DNA from: Phoronis australis
Lineage: Eukaryota > Animalia > Phoronida
Direction: 5' to 3'
Length of the DNA stretch: 64,000 nucleotides
NCBI GenBank assembly: GCA_002633005.1
Contig: NMRA01000146.1
Location: forward strand, 673,059-737,058
The notes under the pieces: model-generated
What the model saw: only the letters and a program-made list of their open reading frames with translations
The model's database searches: none
What the model was told of the DNA's origin: nothing
Program-made: the position numbers and the translations under genes
Shown: piece after piece, positions 28,115-42,545 of the stretch
How the letters are laid out: each line of letters opens with the position of its first letter
Position numbering within the stretch: the stretch's first letter is position 1

Positions 28115-29088
28115 CGTCACAAGAAGCTGGCTTTATAAGCGGAACGTGACCGGTACACTCGGAAGAAGTCACCGAAGGCTCTATTCCGCCGACTTTGACG
28201 GGTTGGAAAGAAAAAATAACCGCTGCGTTTAAACTGTCCTCCTGAGCTTAAGCCTTTGCAAGTTTCTCGCTCAATGGATACATCATCTGATGTTTTTTTC
28301 AATTGATGTTCACATTGTAACTGTTTTTGTTTCAGTTTTTGTTCACACCATAGCTGTTGTTGTTTAAGTTCCTCCTCTTCTATCAATTTTTGGTGAATTA
28401 ATACCTTTTCAGCTGCTAAAGTACATGTATCACTATGAATCTTTGCCTTGATAACTTGGAACTCCTTGTAATTGACAGGTGACTGGAAGACCTAACAGAT
28501 ATAGACTTTGGTATCTGAGACACAGATTTCACAAAGTCCTGAGAACTTTTTTCATGCCTTTATTTTGCTCTAGCATCATAATTAAATGTAGCAAAAAACA
28601 ACGCAGTATACATCGTTTACAAAGAAATAAAGATTTTTTTAAACAAACTTTTGGTTAAATATGTGATTTTTGCTAGTATGATCGACAGATCAATTTTCTG
28701 ACTGAATGTTTCCCAAAGAACAAAAACACTGCTATCTTGTCAACATGAAAATTTACATGAAATGTTTGTTTTAACCGCTCAGCGAAAAGGAGCCAGACAC
28801 CGGAGACAAGTCGGCATTACCAAAAGAGATGAAGAAAACTTTTACGATGTTAACCAAAGAAAGAGCATAGATCACTTGTTTTTATTTCAAGTTTATGTAA
28901 ATAATTTATTCTTGGTAATATTCCGGTAAGTAAAGCGTCCTGAGGGTTTATCTCAATTCTTTGAACTGATTCAGATTTTCGTGTGAAGACTTAGTTGAAT
29001 CAGTTTTGATGAAACGTGCTTCTGGTGGGGGTCATATCACTTAAAGAGACGCCATCGCATTTTCCAGCACAAGGTAACACGGCACTTA
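28115..29088 (-). mobile_element. BEL/Pao relic, duplicated copy (continues at 36608-36830 beyond the Tc1-like insertion)
   Basis: Homologous to parts of 14840-16585; CAGKCDGVSLSD resembles the Pao RT-region motif CxAxxxGxSLND. Confidence 0.65.
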
Positions 29089-32000
29089 CAGCACACATCA
29101 CAAATTTTTGGCCGACCGGTCGGAAATTGGTCGACGACCGGCCGTCGACCGGTCGTCTAGCCGACCACCAGCCGACCAGCAACGGTCGGCTAGGAGCCGT
29201 CTGCTTAGTCGCCTCTGTGGTCGGCACTTGGGTCGGCTAATTGGTCGCCTAGCGTAGACAACCAATTCGGATTAAGCGTGTCCTTGGTCGGCAATTAGCA
29301 TTTTATGACTTAGCAGATGAACTTTGGACAAACAAACATTTAAATGTTCGCTGTTCGTTTACCAGTGGCAACTCCGGTCTTGACATCGGTTTATCAAATT
29401 TTGTTCAACTATTAAATGGAGGTAAAATCGAATCAACCAACAAATACGAAGTGCGTGGCATTACACAAGCCGAATACCTTATGTTGAATTAACGACGGCG
29501 TGGTAAAATCAAACGTCAAGTGATATAGCGGAAAAATTATTTCTAACTTTAGATATCAGACTTTTTATGCAGTGCATTATGCATAAAAACAAGCACGAAA
29601 TTTGAAATTTACAGCAAAATTGCATAAAAATCAGAATACAATACTGGATATTTTACGACCTCAAACGTTTTCATGCCGCGGATTGCTCATCAAGCAGCAC
29701 GCATTTGCGCTCATCCGTTATTGCTCTTGATCAGTGGCGGATCTACGGGGGGGTTCAGGGGGTTTAAACCCCCCCCTCGGGCCAGGACCCAAAAATTAAA
29801 AAAAAACAAAAGCGTCTCAAGCAAAACAAAAACGGCACCGCCAGCATGTGTAAACTCCAAGTAAACCAACTTGGAAAAAAATGAGGGGGGTTCACTCTGA
29901 AAAGATAGTTTTTGCATTGTAAATTGCTGAGTCTTTGTGGCTCATCGGTAAAACGCGGGGAGTTTTATTGTGCGCGCGCTTCCGTAGACACATCTGAAGT
30001 AGCCAAGCATTTTAGATGGATTCACCTTTGAAAGAGCAGTTCTATAGCTGATTTCTTTGGTAACTAGCTTCTCTACTCTAAGATATGTTTTTGATTTGAT
30101 TAGGGTAAATACTGCGGTGCCGCAACCCTGATATTCAGGCGAATTGACGTGCAACGTTTTTACCTCACCTGTCATGCCGTGTCATTGTATTACACTCCAC
30201 ACGTTTGTAACTGATGTATAGTAAAGTTGTCTTGCGCAATATCATACAGTGTACATGTACATGTAATATTGTGTACATGTACATGTAATATTTTTGAAAA
30301 AAAAATCTTTTTTCGAAGAATTGCTATTGTGGCGGGCGCCGTGGTCTGGTCGCGAGTCCGTTTGAAGACACACTCTATAACAAGTTATGTCTATACCAGG
30401 AATGACCAAGGGGGCACTCACATTGAGAAAGTGACCGCATTCGCGAAAAGTGTACAGTACCAGAAATTGCTGAGAGGTTGTTCTTTCACAACAAAGTCTT
30501 GCGGGACTCGTGCGATGTTCATTAGGCCTCCTAAGGAGCCCTAGTTCCGACCTCAACACCTACCGTCTGTCTACCTGCAATAAGCACACTGCCGTCTTCT
30601 ATACTGGGAATTTACGCAGAAAGGCTCACCCGATGAAACGCTCATGCCCATGGGCATTTATTTGATATTAGCACTTCGGGTTTCAAGCGTACAGACGTTG
30701 GGACGTTTATTTCGAAAATTGCAAGAGATGCAAATAGGTCCTGGGATGCTTCGTCAAGGTTTGAAGTAGTACATGATGAACGCATCAAATTTAGTTGCGC
30801 ATATAAGTCTTTCGAATGGACTTGGCAACCTCAAGGGTCTTGGTGTCAACTGAGCTGCGAAACGAGATGCTGATATTGTAGAGGCTTACAAGCTCATTGA
30901 CACAGCAGTTGACGAAGTGCAAGCGTTGGGAACAAACATCGAAGGTATCTGGGTAGAACGGTTCCAAGACGAGTAAATCATTGGATCCCGGCGATATACA
31001 AATTCCTCGGCAGTCTAGACAACAGAAGGATAGGATTAACGTATGACTAACCACTGGGGATTAAAATTTTAGAGAGAAGTTTTCAATTCAATTTTTTTTT
31101 GCATAGTACACTTTAGGTCTCGCGACGGACCAGGCCAGCTTGATTTGTGTAGATGTTGAGTTTTAGTGTACTTCTGGTCCCTCGGCGAACTAGTCTTGTG
31201 TTTTTTTTACCAAAGTGTGCTTTGTAAAACTATTTATCTCAGCCAGCACTGTTTGGTCCCGCGACAGATCGACTATTTTTATAGGAATAATAAGCACAGG
31301 TATACTCTTGGTCTCTTGACGGACCAGGTCAGCTTTTTGTGTACTCTCAGTGTACATCTGGTCCCTCTGCAAACTAGTCCAGTGTATCTTTTCACCACTG
31401 TGCACAGGATGTTTTGGTTTCGTGAAACTGTTTTCAGATGATTTGTTTTCTGATAGATTTGACTTTTTTCAATTGTTGTCAACGTGATTCAGCTTAATAA
31501 AGTGATACCTAATTATTTATTGTCGCTTTTAATAATTGACTATGAGTTGAGAGCACCATCGTTCGCCAGTTTTTCTCGTAACGAGACAGAACACATGTTT
31601 ATTTCCGGACGAACAGTACAGGTCTTCGTTCTTAAACAACTTGAGGCTGCTGTTACGCGATCATCTGATATTCAAGTTTTTACGCCCCGTCTGTGCTCCT
31701 TAATTATGCTCTTGAATATTTTGAAATTGTCTAAACCCCTGTATACACACCACACTTTTTCGTATACGACTTTCCGTATGCTAACAAAAGGTGTGTGTAA
31801 GCAGATGTTCCAACAAAAATTTTTGCTGGTGGCGTTACTCATACCCAGATGTGCACAATATGGTATCACGAAACTTATGTGCCAAGTTCATGTGACGAAA
31901 TCTTGAAGGGTTTTTAATTATCTTAAGAAAAACTCCAGAAACATGTTAAGTGCCAGAAACTTACCAGGATGCATGGAAATTTCACTATTTGGTTACAAAA

Positions 32001-35000
32001 ACAAAAAAATATCTTACACGGTAGGGGAAACCCCCCTCCCGACCTCCCCCCGCTCGGCGCCACGCGCCTACGATTCGACCTTGGCGGGAATCCTGAACCC
32101 CCCTTGCTGAAAACGTAGATCCGCCACTGATTGATCATCACTTCGTCGCGCTGTATATTGCGCTTTACCACAGATAATTATTGTTTATTTCTGTATAATT
32201 TCTTAATATGTTGGTACAGCAATAGAACCCAAGTTTATTTTAGGAACAATATAAACAATGGTTTGAACATAGCGCCGATATTAAATCATGGGCGCATGAA
32301 AACGGAAGACTGTGTTCGGTTTATAGTGTAATCCATCATCCATCATCATTCTGAAATTGTTGTCACTTTCGCAGTAAAAATTTGTTCGAAGTTAGAGCCT
32401 TCCTATCTAGCCAGCTAGCTGTGAAGACTATTTTCAAAATACAGCAAGGTGCCACTTCGTATTGAGCTCAAACAGACCTCGAAATTCCACACAGTACGCT
32501 TGTCACCTCGTCGAAAAGCTTGAATCAACATGATCTTAAGACCGGCGAGTTTGCATGCAAACTCTGGAAGCCAATTGGCATTCAAGTTGCCCGTTACGGC
32601 CGTTTAAACGAAAAACATCCGACGTCATCTTCTTGCGTAATTCTCTGCCTTTTGTCACGAAAAAACGTATGTCGTCGTTTTGAAAAGAGTTCATTCGTGA
32701 CACGCGCCACTTTCAAAATGTTTTCGACATCTCCCATTGTATGGTGACAACATCTCAGCAAAATTTGGTTCACTGATATCAAAATTCCAAAAACATATAA
32801 TGAAGTGAAACCATTTCTGATCATTTGTCTTGACGTTTACGCAACCTCGAGGGAGAACGTTTGATTGAAGAATCTGGGAAAAAGAAACTGACTAATAGGT
32901 GACGCAATATTTCATTGCGTCGAAAGTCGACGCAAAAGGTTATACCCTAATTTTAGCAGCAGAATAATTGTAGAAAACCAAATTTTGCAACGCTGGTAAA
33001 TAATTTAGATTATTCTAGGAAGATTTTATTCGGTCATTTTTTACCCACAACGGCGCAAATTTGTATATTTAATTTAGTAAACACCTTCGTACCAAGGCTA
33101 GAGCCTTCCGAGCCCTTTGGCGTAAGAACACAATTGTTGGCGTTTCGCGTATACTCCAGGGGGTAAAACTTTGAAAATAATATTTTCGGGGTAACCTGGT
33201 ACAGGTAATCCTAAAAAACTTGTCTGTGTTTTCATGTAGAGCGTAAAAATTATTAACCCAGTGATTCAAAAAGAACACTCTCGCAAACGAAAACGCACAA
33301 AATTTTCAGCTCTATTACCCTGGTTAAAAAACAACTTCTATAAGTTTATTGCATCGGATTCTAGTGATCACCAGGGCAAGTCAAAACTCTTAAGGGGGCG
33401 GAATTTCAAACCTTTGGCATGAATCAGTGATATAAAAATGGAATTAGACCGACTTTAATTCATCAGCAATGTAGACACAACAGTTACAGACACTCACTGC
33501 GTTTGTTAACGTCTTGTGGCAATGATAAAAATAAATGTTTCTACTATGATTGAAAACAAGTTTTACTCTGATGAGGTATGATGCAATATACATGTCTAAT
33601 AGGCAGATCGGCAGTTGCAAAAATATTTACTGGATTTAATGAATCCGTTTGATATGAACCACTGTAAAACTATGATTACTAATTGTACATTCGAAGCATG
33701 CCCCATTAGACTAAAAACATACACACACATGCTTGATGATCCTGGGCGTACCTCTAGGCATGAATGAAGATATATAGTTGTTAAGCCATAGAGGATAATA
33801 AGGCTTACATAATATCACACTGAGCCATCTACACCAGGCATATACAAAGGATACAGTATTTCAAAAGAATCCACAACTACTCATTTTTCATAGTCATAAC
33901 TACTCATTTTTCATAGTATTACTAAATCACGAACACCTAGATTTATATAAGAAGTTACACAGAACGCTGCTACACAACTTGCTCTCTCACATTTATGGGA
34001 GGCCTAATTTGCAACATTTAACAACATATATTTTCTATACAAGATTAAATCCAAGCAAAAAATGTTAACTCTGCAGGACCAAAGATAAATATCTCAAAAC
34101 CAGATATTTTACTTAAGCAGGAATTAAAAGAATCCAATACATTGAGATTGTTTTCACAAAGAAGCCAAAAAAAAAAAACAAATAAAGACTAAAATTCACC
34201 ACGTCAAGACTGAAATTTATCACATCAGCACCTATAATTTATCAAGTGAGGACCAAAAATTCTTCACTTCAGGATCAAAATAAAATACGACCGAACTGAA
34301 AATTTAATAAGCCACGTTCAAAAACTTACCACGTCAGTAACTTTACACGCCAGAACACCCCGTCACCATCCCCAAGCATTGATCCTTCAAAGTGATAATG
34401 TTCGTACTATACGTATCAACAAAGGCTAAATGTTCAACCTCTTGCCGACAAGACGTATTATCTTGGAAATGCGGTTGAATTTCTTTCGTCTAATCCACGT
34501 TTTGAAATAGATGCCAATGTATAGGTACACACTGGATTGCCATCATTGCATAATGGGTGACCACGTAGTCTCCGGGCATGAAAAGAATTCTCTCCTGGCG
34601 TGATAAGTTTTCTGACGCAATAAATCCTGGTTGTCAATTGTTTTTGATTCTACAGAGATTTCAATTCCTGAATAGAAAATGTGTGTTCTGAATTGTTCCG
34701 CTTCAGCTTTGCATTCAGCTAACTATTGCACATCACCTTGTTTTTACTATCCCGTGGCGGCTCCACTGCCGGCAACGAATCACTTCTGGTACAACCTTCC
34801 GTAAATGACGTTCGTATTTTGCACATTTCTTCGGAGTAACAGTTTTCCAAGAGCTATATGATCAACGGACAAGTTTCTGTTTGGTATTCGGTTTTATTTT
34901 CTTTTTCAGGTAGTCCTTGAGCTCATACTCTGAATGTTTTGAAAACGCAACTCTTTCTTTACGCAGATACGTTTTCTGCCCGTGGCACCGACTCGGTGTA

Positions 35001-36607
35001 TTCATCAACCGAAATATTTTTTTGAAAATGCCGTCAAATGTGTACTTTTTTAAAACACGGTTTTGACCATAGTTGTCAGTGTAGAAAAGCGAAATGAACA
35101 AATTTGTAAACACTGCTCAAAGCGCTTTTGTGGACATACGGAAACGCCAACGTCTTTGTCTTACAACGCTGCGTGTGCTTGGCATTTCTGATAAAGCGTT
35201 GTCATAATGGAAACTTTTTTAAGACTGAGCACCATTTCAAAAAATTGTATTTTTTCTTACAGCTGAGCACAGAAGAATTAATTTGTGCTTTTAGGAATGA
35301 AACGGAACCAAATCTCGAGGGTGACTGATTAGAATTGGCAAAACTCGGGGAGGGGTGGCGTTACAAGCCAAACATGTAGTTGTCATTTCTCATTCAGCGT
35401 CACTTACTACCTGAGGTGGCCAGATCATACGCTATCAATATCACCAGACGCTTTGCTTCTCAAAAGTGCACCTTGATGTATTTTCTATCATTTTTTGCCA
35501 TCGCAATCGCTTTACCAAAGATTCACGCACATATGCCGCGTAGAGACAATACCTCTTCACCACGTATTCACATCTTCCCGTTCACAATTGCTTTATTTTA
35601 CATAATTTTTCAATATTTTGTTGACAGAAAGTGTTTATTTTTGGAACCACGTGAACGACCAACTAATAGGGGCCTACGTGAACATGTAACTAGCCCAGAT
35701 TTTAACGTCACCGATACATGAAAACAGAATGCGCAAAGCTACAATTGGCTGTAGCCTCAACAGTGGTCATTCCGTGTTTGATGTCACCGTCATAGTTCGT
35801 GGAAATTGTAACCATAGTATGATTTCGAAGTTAGAGCCGTAGAAGTACATGGGTTTAGGGCATACTGGACCGTGAAGTTCGCCGGGTCAATACTATGAAA
35901 ATAAAATCCCCGGAGTGAGAACTCTTCGCGGCAACTCACTCACTAATCCTTCATCATGGGCGCGTGATAGGAGACCGGTGAATAACTTAAAACACGGAAA
36001 AACGATGCAGTTTGGCGTTAAACAAACGAAATCAATTGTGGGCGAAGACTGCGAAAAACAGCCGCGTTTACAAAATGACTATACAGCGTTGTATTGTCCG
36101 GGAAGCAACCGATATAATACAATTTGTTAACGTCAGGAGTCAAATTAAAGATCAAATGTAAAGAAAAGTTTCACGTTTTTCATCCAAAACTTGTTGCATT
36201 GTCCATAATCCAATGTTGACTAATGCCGCTTGCCTTCAACCTTCGAAGTAGTGGTGTTACACAACCGACGTGAACTCATGTAACCGAAACAGCAAAACTA
36301 GGTTAATTTATTTGACCCTGTGCTAAGACGAATATGCATCGACACGCAAAGTGGTATGAGCCTGACAACCTATTACGCAACTGCTACTCTAGCCTAACAA
36401 TAGCAGCCGACCAGCTGGTCGTCTTATGGCCTGTCGGCTAAAGTGTCGGCTGAAGGATCGGCTGTGGTGTCGCCTTATGAGTCGGCACTGCGGGCGGCTG
36501 CCGGTCGGCCAATTTTTAGTCGACCGGTCGGCTAATTTGCCGACCGGTCGACGGCCGGTCGTCGACCAATTTCCGACCGGTCGGCCAAAAATTCGTGAAG
36601 TGTGCTG
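29089..36607 (-). mobile_element. Tc1/mariner-superfamily DNA transposon, copy 1 (5.1 kb plus nested 2.4-kb hAT)
   Basis: TA on both sides; ~67-bp TIR cagcacac(a/t)tcac(a/g)aatttttggccgaccggtcgg; subterminal gccgacc repeats. Transposase remnant on the minus strand at ~34747-35280 (ELKDYLKKKIKPNTKQKL...WKTVTPKKCAKYERHLRKVVP...GAATG*). Confidence 0.85.
29732..32129 (+). mobile_element. hAT-superfamily (Tip100/THAP12-like) element, internally deleted
   Basis: 16-bp TIR cagtggcggatctacg / cgtagatccgccactg; TSD cttgat / attgat; empty site in copy 2 at ~60940. Remnant KRDADIVEAYKLIDTAVDEVQALGTNIEGIW...IPRQSRQQKDRINV at ~30860-31045 resembles hAT transposase. Confidence 0.75.
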
Positions 36608-39600
36608 TACGCAATTCTTTCGGTCCTCATAAATCCCAGTGGTGTGGTGTATACCTTCCTCTGTGGTCGCTTTGCGTCACTCCAGTGATTTTGTGAAACA
36701 TTTCACTTCACCTGTGAGACGGCACCCTTTCATATTATCTCGGGAAAATCCAACGTAAGTACAGACTGCTTAAGTCGACTAGCAGAGCCTGCAAGTCAGG
36801 GAGCATTTTAGAGAAGAACACAGAATCAGAAGACTATATATCTGTGCAAGACGATTATGAGTTAGAAAAAAAATGTAATTTTCTGTTTGGCAGGGGTGTG
36901 TTTTAAGAACTGGACTGACACTGCTAGTTTATAATTTTGTTCTAGTGTTGTAGCAGGTAATTATTGATTGGAATATACCATTATTTCAGAATAGGGATGA
37001 TGTAGAATGTGCTTGAATGGTTGACAAGTTTAATAACATAACATGAGTCTAATTACCCAAGCACGGGTTTGTAAGATGGAGATAAAAAGTGAATTCAGAG
37101 TTTTAGTCGATTAAAGTTAGTTACGACAAAGTTACAGTTGACTTGTACTGAATTGAATCAGTTAGATTGTACTGTATTTTCTATTCGTAATCTGGCAGTG
37201 AAGTAGTTAAAACTGAATTTCTTTTTGTTTAGCTGACCAAAATTCGAATTAGGCCTTCGATGCTCGTCAAACGGGTCACATAATATTCCTTACCGTGATA
37301 AAGATTTTAAAATGTTTTTGAACTATCAGGTATGCAAGATTGGACTTGTCCAACCCTAAAACTGGGAAAATTTGGTCCCAAAATCAAGTGATTGGGGGCC
37401 ATGAAAAAGTAATATAAATACTAGCACGCGTTTACATTTCGGTGTCGGCGGAAAGTCAGCAATGTATAGTAAATATCGATTTGTTACTTAAGTTTGATAT
37501 TTACTACTCTGCAAGATTCTTCTTTATTTGGAAAGTCACAAGTTGTGTTAACATTTTGGAACTAAATATCCTGGTAATACGGCCTGTGTGCCCCCTCCCA
37601 ATTTTCGTTAGGGTCAACATCATTAAAGTGATCAGCGTACACACAAAGTAACTCGGATGTAGGAGAGCCTCTGCCCAAACTTTTTAGGTCGTAATAAATC
37701 CTATGTTGGCTAACATTCCCTCCAGCTTGCATAGAATTACGTTGCCATATGACTTTGGAAGGCAGTTCATTTTTTTTCGTAAGGCAAAGGTCATTTTTTA
37801 TATTACTCAAGTCGTGATAAGGGTCTGTACATTCGGAGAAATTATTAGATAGTGATGCTGTGCTTGTATTGGAATCTCGAAACAGACAAAACATTGAGTT
37901 CATTCTCATACAAAGATACGATATAAAATGATGATCTTTCAAACAAATCAACGCAATTTTGTTTTCACAATTATGCTATGCGGTGAGCCATTGAGGCGTT
38001 AAACAACTGTATATGTTCTAACTGTGAAACGATAGCAAAGCTAGTTTACAGTGAAATAACACGTGAGGGTGAAATAAATATGGATTATTACATGACAAAT
38101 TCGTTATCTCCCGTAACCTAGAGCCCGAAGGTGATACTTCTACGAAATTCACTAGGGGTCTTTATGGGGGGACAGTATTGAGAACGTGTAATGATTTACT
38201 TATACCATATACTTAACGAGAAACATTACAAAGAAAAGATCTCCTTTCTCGACTCGCCTAAGCTTTGTAACTACTTTCTAAATCAGAGGTACTGGCTCAG
38301 AGGTCGTGAAAGGCCGAGTTATTTTTGTCAAAATAATGTTTATACTCGAAACCAATTGAACATTTAAACAAAATCGAAGAAAACTGAATCTATAAGTACA
38401 GTCTTTGCAACGACTCTAGCTTACTACACATTTCATCACTCTAAGCTTCGACGGTGAGTATATCGTCTGCTAAAGAAGGTTGCAACTGCTTACTCTGTCT
38501 AATGCAAAGTCAAAGGATCCCGCCGACACGATACCTGCCTCCCGAGACTTCGCGAGATTACGTGAGATATTGCCGTGTATTTTAAATGAGAGCACATGAC
38601 CTTGACTAGACTTTAGCCAGGTCCTAGCGTAGGTCCTCGCGTCTACTGAACGCACGCCCGCATTCAAATTGGTGAACTATGATTTAGAAGTGACAGAGAA
38701 CGAGAGATAATTTTTACTGAACTTAACTATAGTTTTTATGGAAATTATGCGTCGTACTTTTCATAGCCTAATTTGTCGGTACAATGCCCTTTGTTGAACG
38801 TGCAATTATTGCGCGTTCGATTACGTCAGCTGCTGTGTGGTGATGGGCGGATTAGAATCCGGCATCGGTTTCACCCCAAAATGTTATCTAACGCCGTTTA
38901 ATACCTAAATGGGTTATTACACGGTTGCAATGGCCATTCGGGGCTGATATTGTGGTATAAAATATATAAATATATATTATGACAAACTAAACTGCCATAG
39001 ATATGGATGATTACAATGATGTATAGTACATGGAGCTGTAAACACAGCAGATGCATCAGAAGGATGCATCCGCGTCAAACAAATGAGATGAGAAACTTTC
39101 TTTGAAATATATGCATTTTCTAATTTAATGTTAAAAAATTTTGTGTTTGTTAGATATCATGCTATAATTTCACCAATTCAATCAAGGTTTCATTAAATAA
39201 AAGCGCGATGTCACTATCTTAGGAAATGATTTTGACTTTAACACCAAATTCACCTATTTATATAAAAAGGCGTATTGCACTCCATGGGCTTATCCAGGAT
39301 TTTGAGTTGGGGTTCCAGGCCAGAGTTATAACCAGTTTTTTGTCAGTCAGACATTCGAACCCCCGAACATCCGATGGAATCTTGTAGGATTTTTAGCCGG
39401 GTAAGATTCTCATGACGTCCCTCTAAATCCACCAGTGTTACTCCTTATCTTTTATTTGAAGTTTGTAACCTCAGCTTCTGATGCTCAAGCGAGGGTTTTT
39501 TAAAATCAAAATTTCAGAAATAATTTTATATTAAAAAGATTCCATGCGGATGGGAGAGGCAAGTTGTCAATGATTGGTGGTAATAGGTTTTGATGCGATG

Positions 39601-40270
39601 ATAGACTGTTGACTGGTTTGAGTTCATCACTCTATGATACTCGACTGCATGTTCACAAGCCTTCTTTAACAAAAGTCCCCCTTCTGCGAAGGAGACTTGC
39701 AAACCCATAATCGTTTTCGCTTTCGTCACCAAACAAATGTTGTTTGATGCAGCCAGAGAAAAAGTCTGATGTCAGCTTACCTTTTTTGCAATTCTCCAAA
39801 AACAATACTTCGGCATGCATTGCTTTGCTGATGTGACAACCAGCGTCTTCTTTATTCTGTTGTAAAAAATACTTCTGCTGGAAGAGTCATGAGAGAAACT
39901 ATTGCTAATAGATCTGACAGCTTCTAACGACCACCGCACGATTACAATTTTTATTTACAACACAAAACTTTCTTTTCCAGGATACCAAACCACAGCCGCT
40001 ATTGTCTCTATTTGGCAAAACTACTAGGGTCTTAACCAATATCCATGCTCTTTAGTGATTGTATCAATGGTAGCTTTGTCCTCGCTAGTTCACTTAGTTA
40101 ATCCAATCAGGTTGCAGGTTCTGCTTGGGTCTCTGGCCATGGAAATACCACTAGGTACAGGTGTTGCCACTAACAGTTGTCAGATACTTCCAGACACTTT
40201 TTGTCAAACTTATCACCAAAATCTATGACCGTGTGACAATGAGCAGAATTTTCATAGACAAAAGAAGACA

Positions 40271-40361
40271 TTAACTCCGGGAACTGAGTATCAAATCAGA
40301 GTAAAAACTACCAAGATAGGGTGGGGTGATGACTGGCCCCCAAAAATGAAAGCTAAAACAA
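40271..40361 (+). pseudogene. 3' half of a type-A FN3 exon (5' half and acceptor deleted)
   Basis: LTPGTEYQIRVKTTKIGWGDDWPPKMKAKT followed by donor gtgagt. It is fused directly to retroelement-derived intron sequence (agacatt, paralogous to ~24343). The downstream intron matches 9830-10650. Confidence 0.8.
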
Positions 40362-41289
40362 GTGAGTGTTAATTTATATATGGGCCTTCCTATGTGCACT
40401 AAGTGGTCACAGATTCCTTTTTGTTAACAAAGACACTAATGGAACATTTTTACAAGAAACCATGCAAAGTGAATTTCGAGACGATGATATCCTCAAAACG
40501 TACACCATTACATTCATGAAAACAACATTTACTGCATCATTTTAGATTTATTAGCCTGTTCTGGTTGAATGGCGACGACCCTGCTTGCGACGAACACTTC
40601 CCTGCCCGCAGGAAATGAATGGCTAAAATTCACGATAACAAGAAATTAAAATACTCCTACCGGCAATTAACCTTAATGTGCTAGGCTCCTGCCCTTTAAA
40701 GGCCCTCTTTTGGCAAACTTTCGTTTTCGGTTACAAAATCGCGGGCTTCCGATCAATTTAGAGACATCGTAGTATAATGATTGTGAAATTCCACATTTAG
40801 TATGCTATGTCTAATAATAGAAATTCAATGTCAAATTCACTTGTACCAGTTAGTCACGTTCAAATATCGCAAGTGAATTTGCTGCGATATTTTAACGTGA
40901 CTAACTGGTAGTAAAAATCAACCTCAACTGCTCGTGACTGCTAAACTGGTGAGGAGTGCACTACACATATTTTTGTTTCAAAATTATAGTGGTTCTTTTA
41001 GCTCAAAAAATCAACGAGCTTGGGAGTGTTATTACAGTTTTACATTTTGAAAAGCCTACAAGGACAGTCTCGGTTTGCTGCCGTGCAAACATTTAAAGCC
41101 AACTGCCGGTTGCTGCAGCATTTGCCAAGAATGTCCTTCTACAGTTCTTGTATAGCAATTCACCTGGAGATACAAAAATACCATTTTCCGTAATTCATGC
41201 CGCACACATGAATGTTGCCATGCCTGAGATATGACTACAGAGCTTTTGATGCGGTCGTAGGAAGTGCACTGCATTCGTTATATAGAGGC

Positions 41290-42480
41290 ATTAGTGAAGC
41301 AATGTCACTAAGGTGGCGTACAGTATACGGGACAGGACATCCGACCTAGGGACTTGAGTGTGACCCAAAGAAACTTTGTCCCTCGTGTAAGCATTATGGC
41401 TGACAATAGCATTGTCACCGATGATGTAGGTAACCTCTAAGTGGCGGATGATAGATGACCTGACTAGGCTACGGCCGTGCATTGTTTACAGTCCACTCCC
41501 GAGACGGAGGCGTTCAGGTCATTCTTCAATGCGTCTGTATCGGTGAAACAGTATTACCATTATCACAAATGGCATACTTAAGAACCAAGTTGCCATTCCC
41601 TAACTGCCGCACCTTCACTGGAAGTATGGCATGAAATATAACCTTGCTGTCAAAACATTTTAGAGTGCATGTGTTAGCTTGAATTTTTCTGCTGATGTCT
41701 TTTGTTCTGTGTTGGCGTTGAACCCATCTGCGTGTACATGCGCAGGGTGCAATTGCAAGTAAAACTTTGCACTGGCGCTATTGGCAGTAGCTCTTTGACA
41801 CATGACGACCCTGAAAACATGCAAGACATAACTTCTTTTCAGACAAAAATTTCATGCATCTGAAGGCAATAATACAAATGCAGTCATTGTTGTTACAATT
41901 CACTTCATCACCAGTTGTTGCAAGGCTAGCATTTCGTCATTAGCTCTCTTGCATCACAGTCCACAAACTGGTGCAGATAGAAAAGCCGATCACTGGGATT
42001 GGCCTTCTGTGAATCGAACGATACAGTAAATGTATGGTAAGCTTTAGGGTCGCAAGCAAATCTGAAAGTCTTCACTTGAGAAAGGCATATCGCTGACATC
42101 ATCTAGGAGCAGGAGATCTGTGCTCATGCATTAGGTCTGTTGGACGCCGAACTAAATTGCGGAGAAAAGTTGTAATGCAATCATAGGCAGCTGCCTTTAC
42201 CAGCGGAACGTGACCGGTAGACACGAAAGGAAGCCACCGAAGGCTGCTTCACCGACGGTATCGAAAGCGTGGACATAACCCCTGAGTTTAAAATTCCCTC
42301 CTGAGCTTTAGCCTTTGCAGATTGCTCGTTCAACAGATGCATCTTCTGATGTTTTTTTTTTAATTGATGTTCACATTGTAAGTTTTTGTTTCAGTTTTTG
42401 TTCACACTGTAGCTTTTGTTGTTTAAACTCCTTTTCTTCTACCGATCTCTGCTCGAGTAATGCTTTTTGAATATGTGCTG
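41290..42480 (-). mobile_element. BEL/Pao relic, third copy
   Basis: 42190-42470 matches 14840-15120 and 28130-28400; IGDNAIVSHNAYTRDKVSLG resembles the BEL C-terminal domain. Confidence 0.55.
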
Positions 42481-42545
42481 AACGCCATGGACTCAGTAGG
42501 CACATGTCTTGTTTGCACTCTGTGTTTAAGCATCTACCGTTCCAG

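Larger units (their letters stand above)
9090..42480 (+). repeat. Tandem segmental duplication, about 3 units (~9090-24470, ~24470-40270, ~40271-42480 partial)
   Basis: Colinear intron homologies: 9090-9520 with 24474-24815; 9920-11380 with 24833-26235; 12420-13560 with 26235-27390; 21397-24350 with 37160-40272; 9740-10660 with 40271-41285. Confidence 0.85.

Noticed and set aside
29089-36607. CRISPR-like array at the gccgacc repeats, or at the ~31115-31400 repeats
   Set aside because: No constant repeat with unique spacers and no cas genes; these are transposon subterminal or internal repeats.
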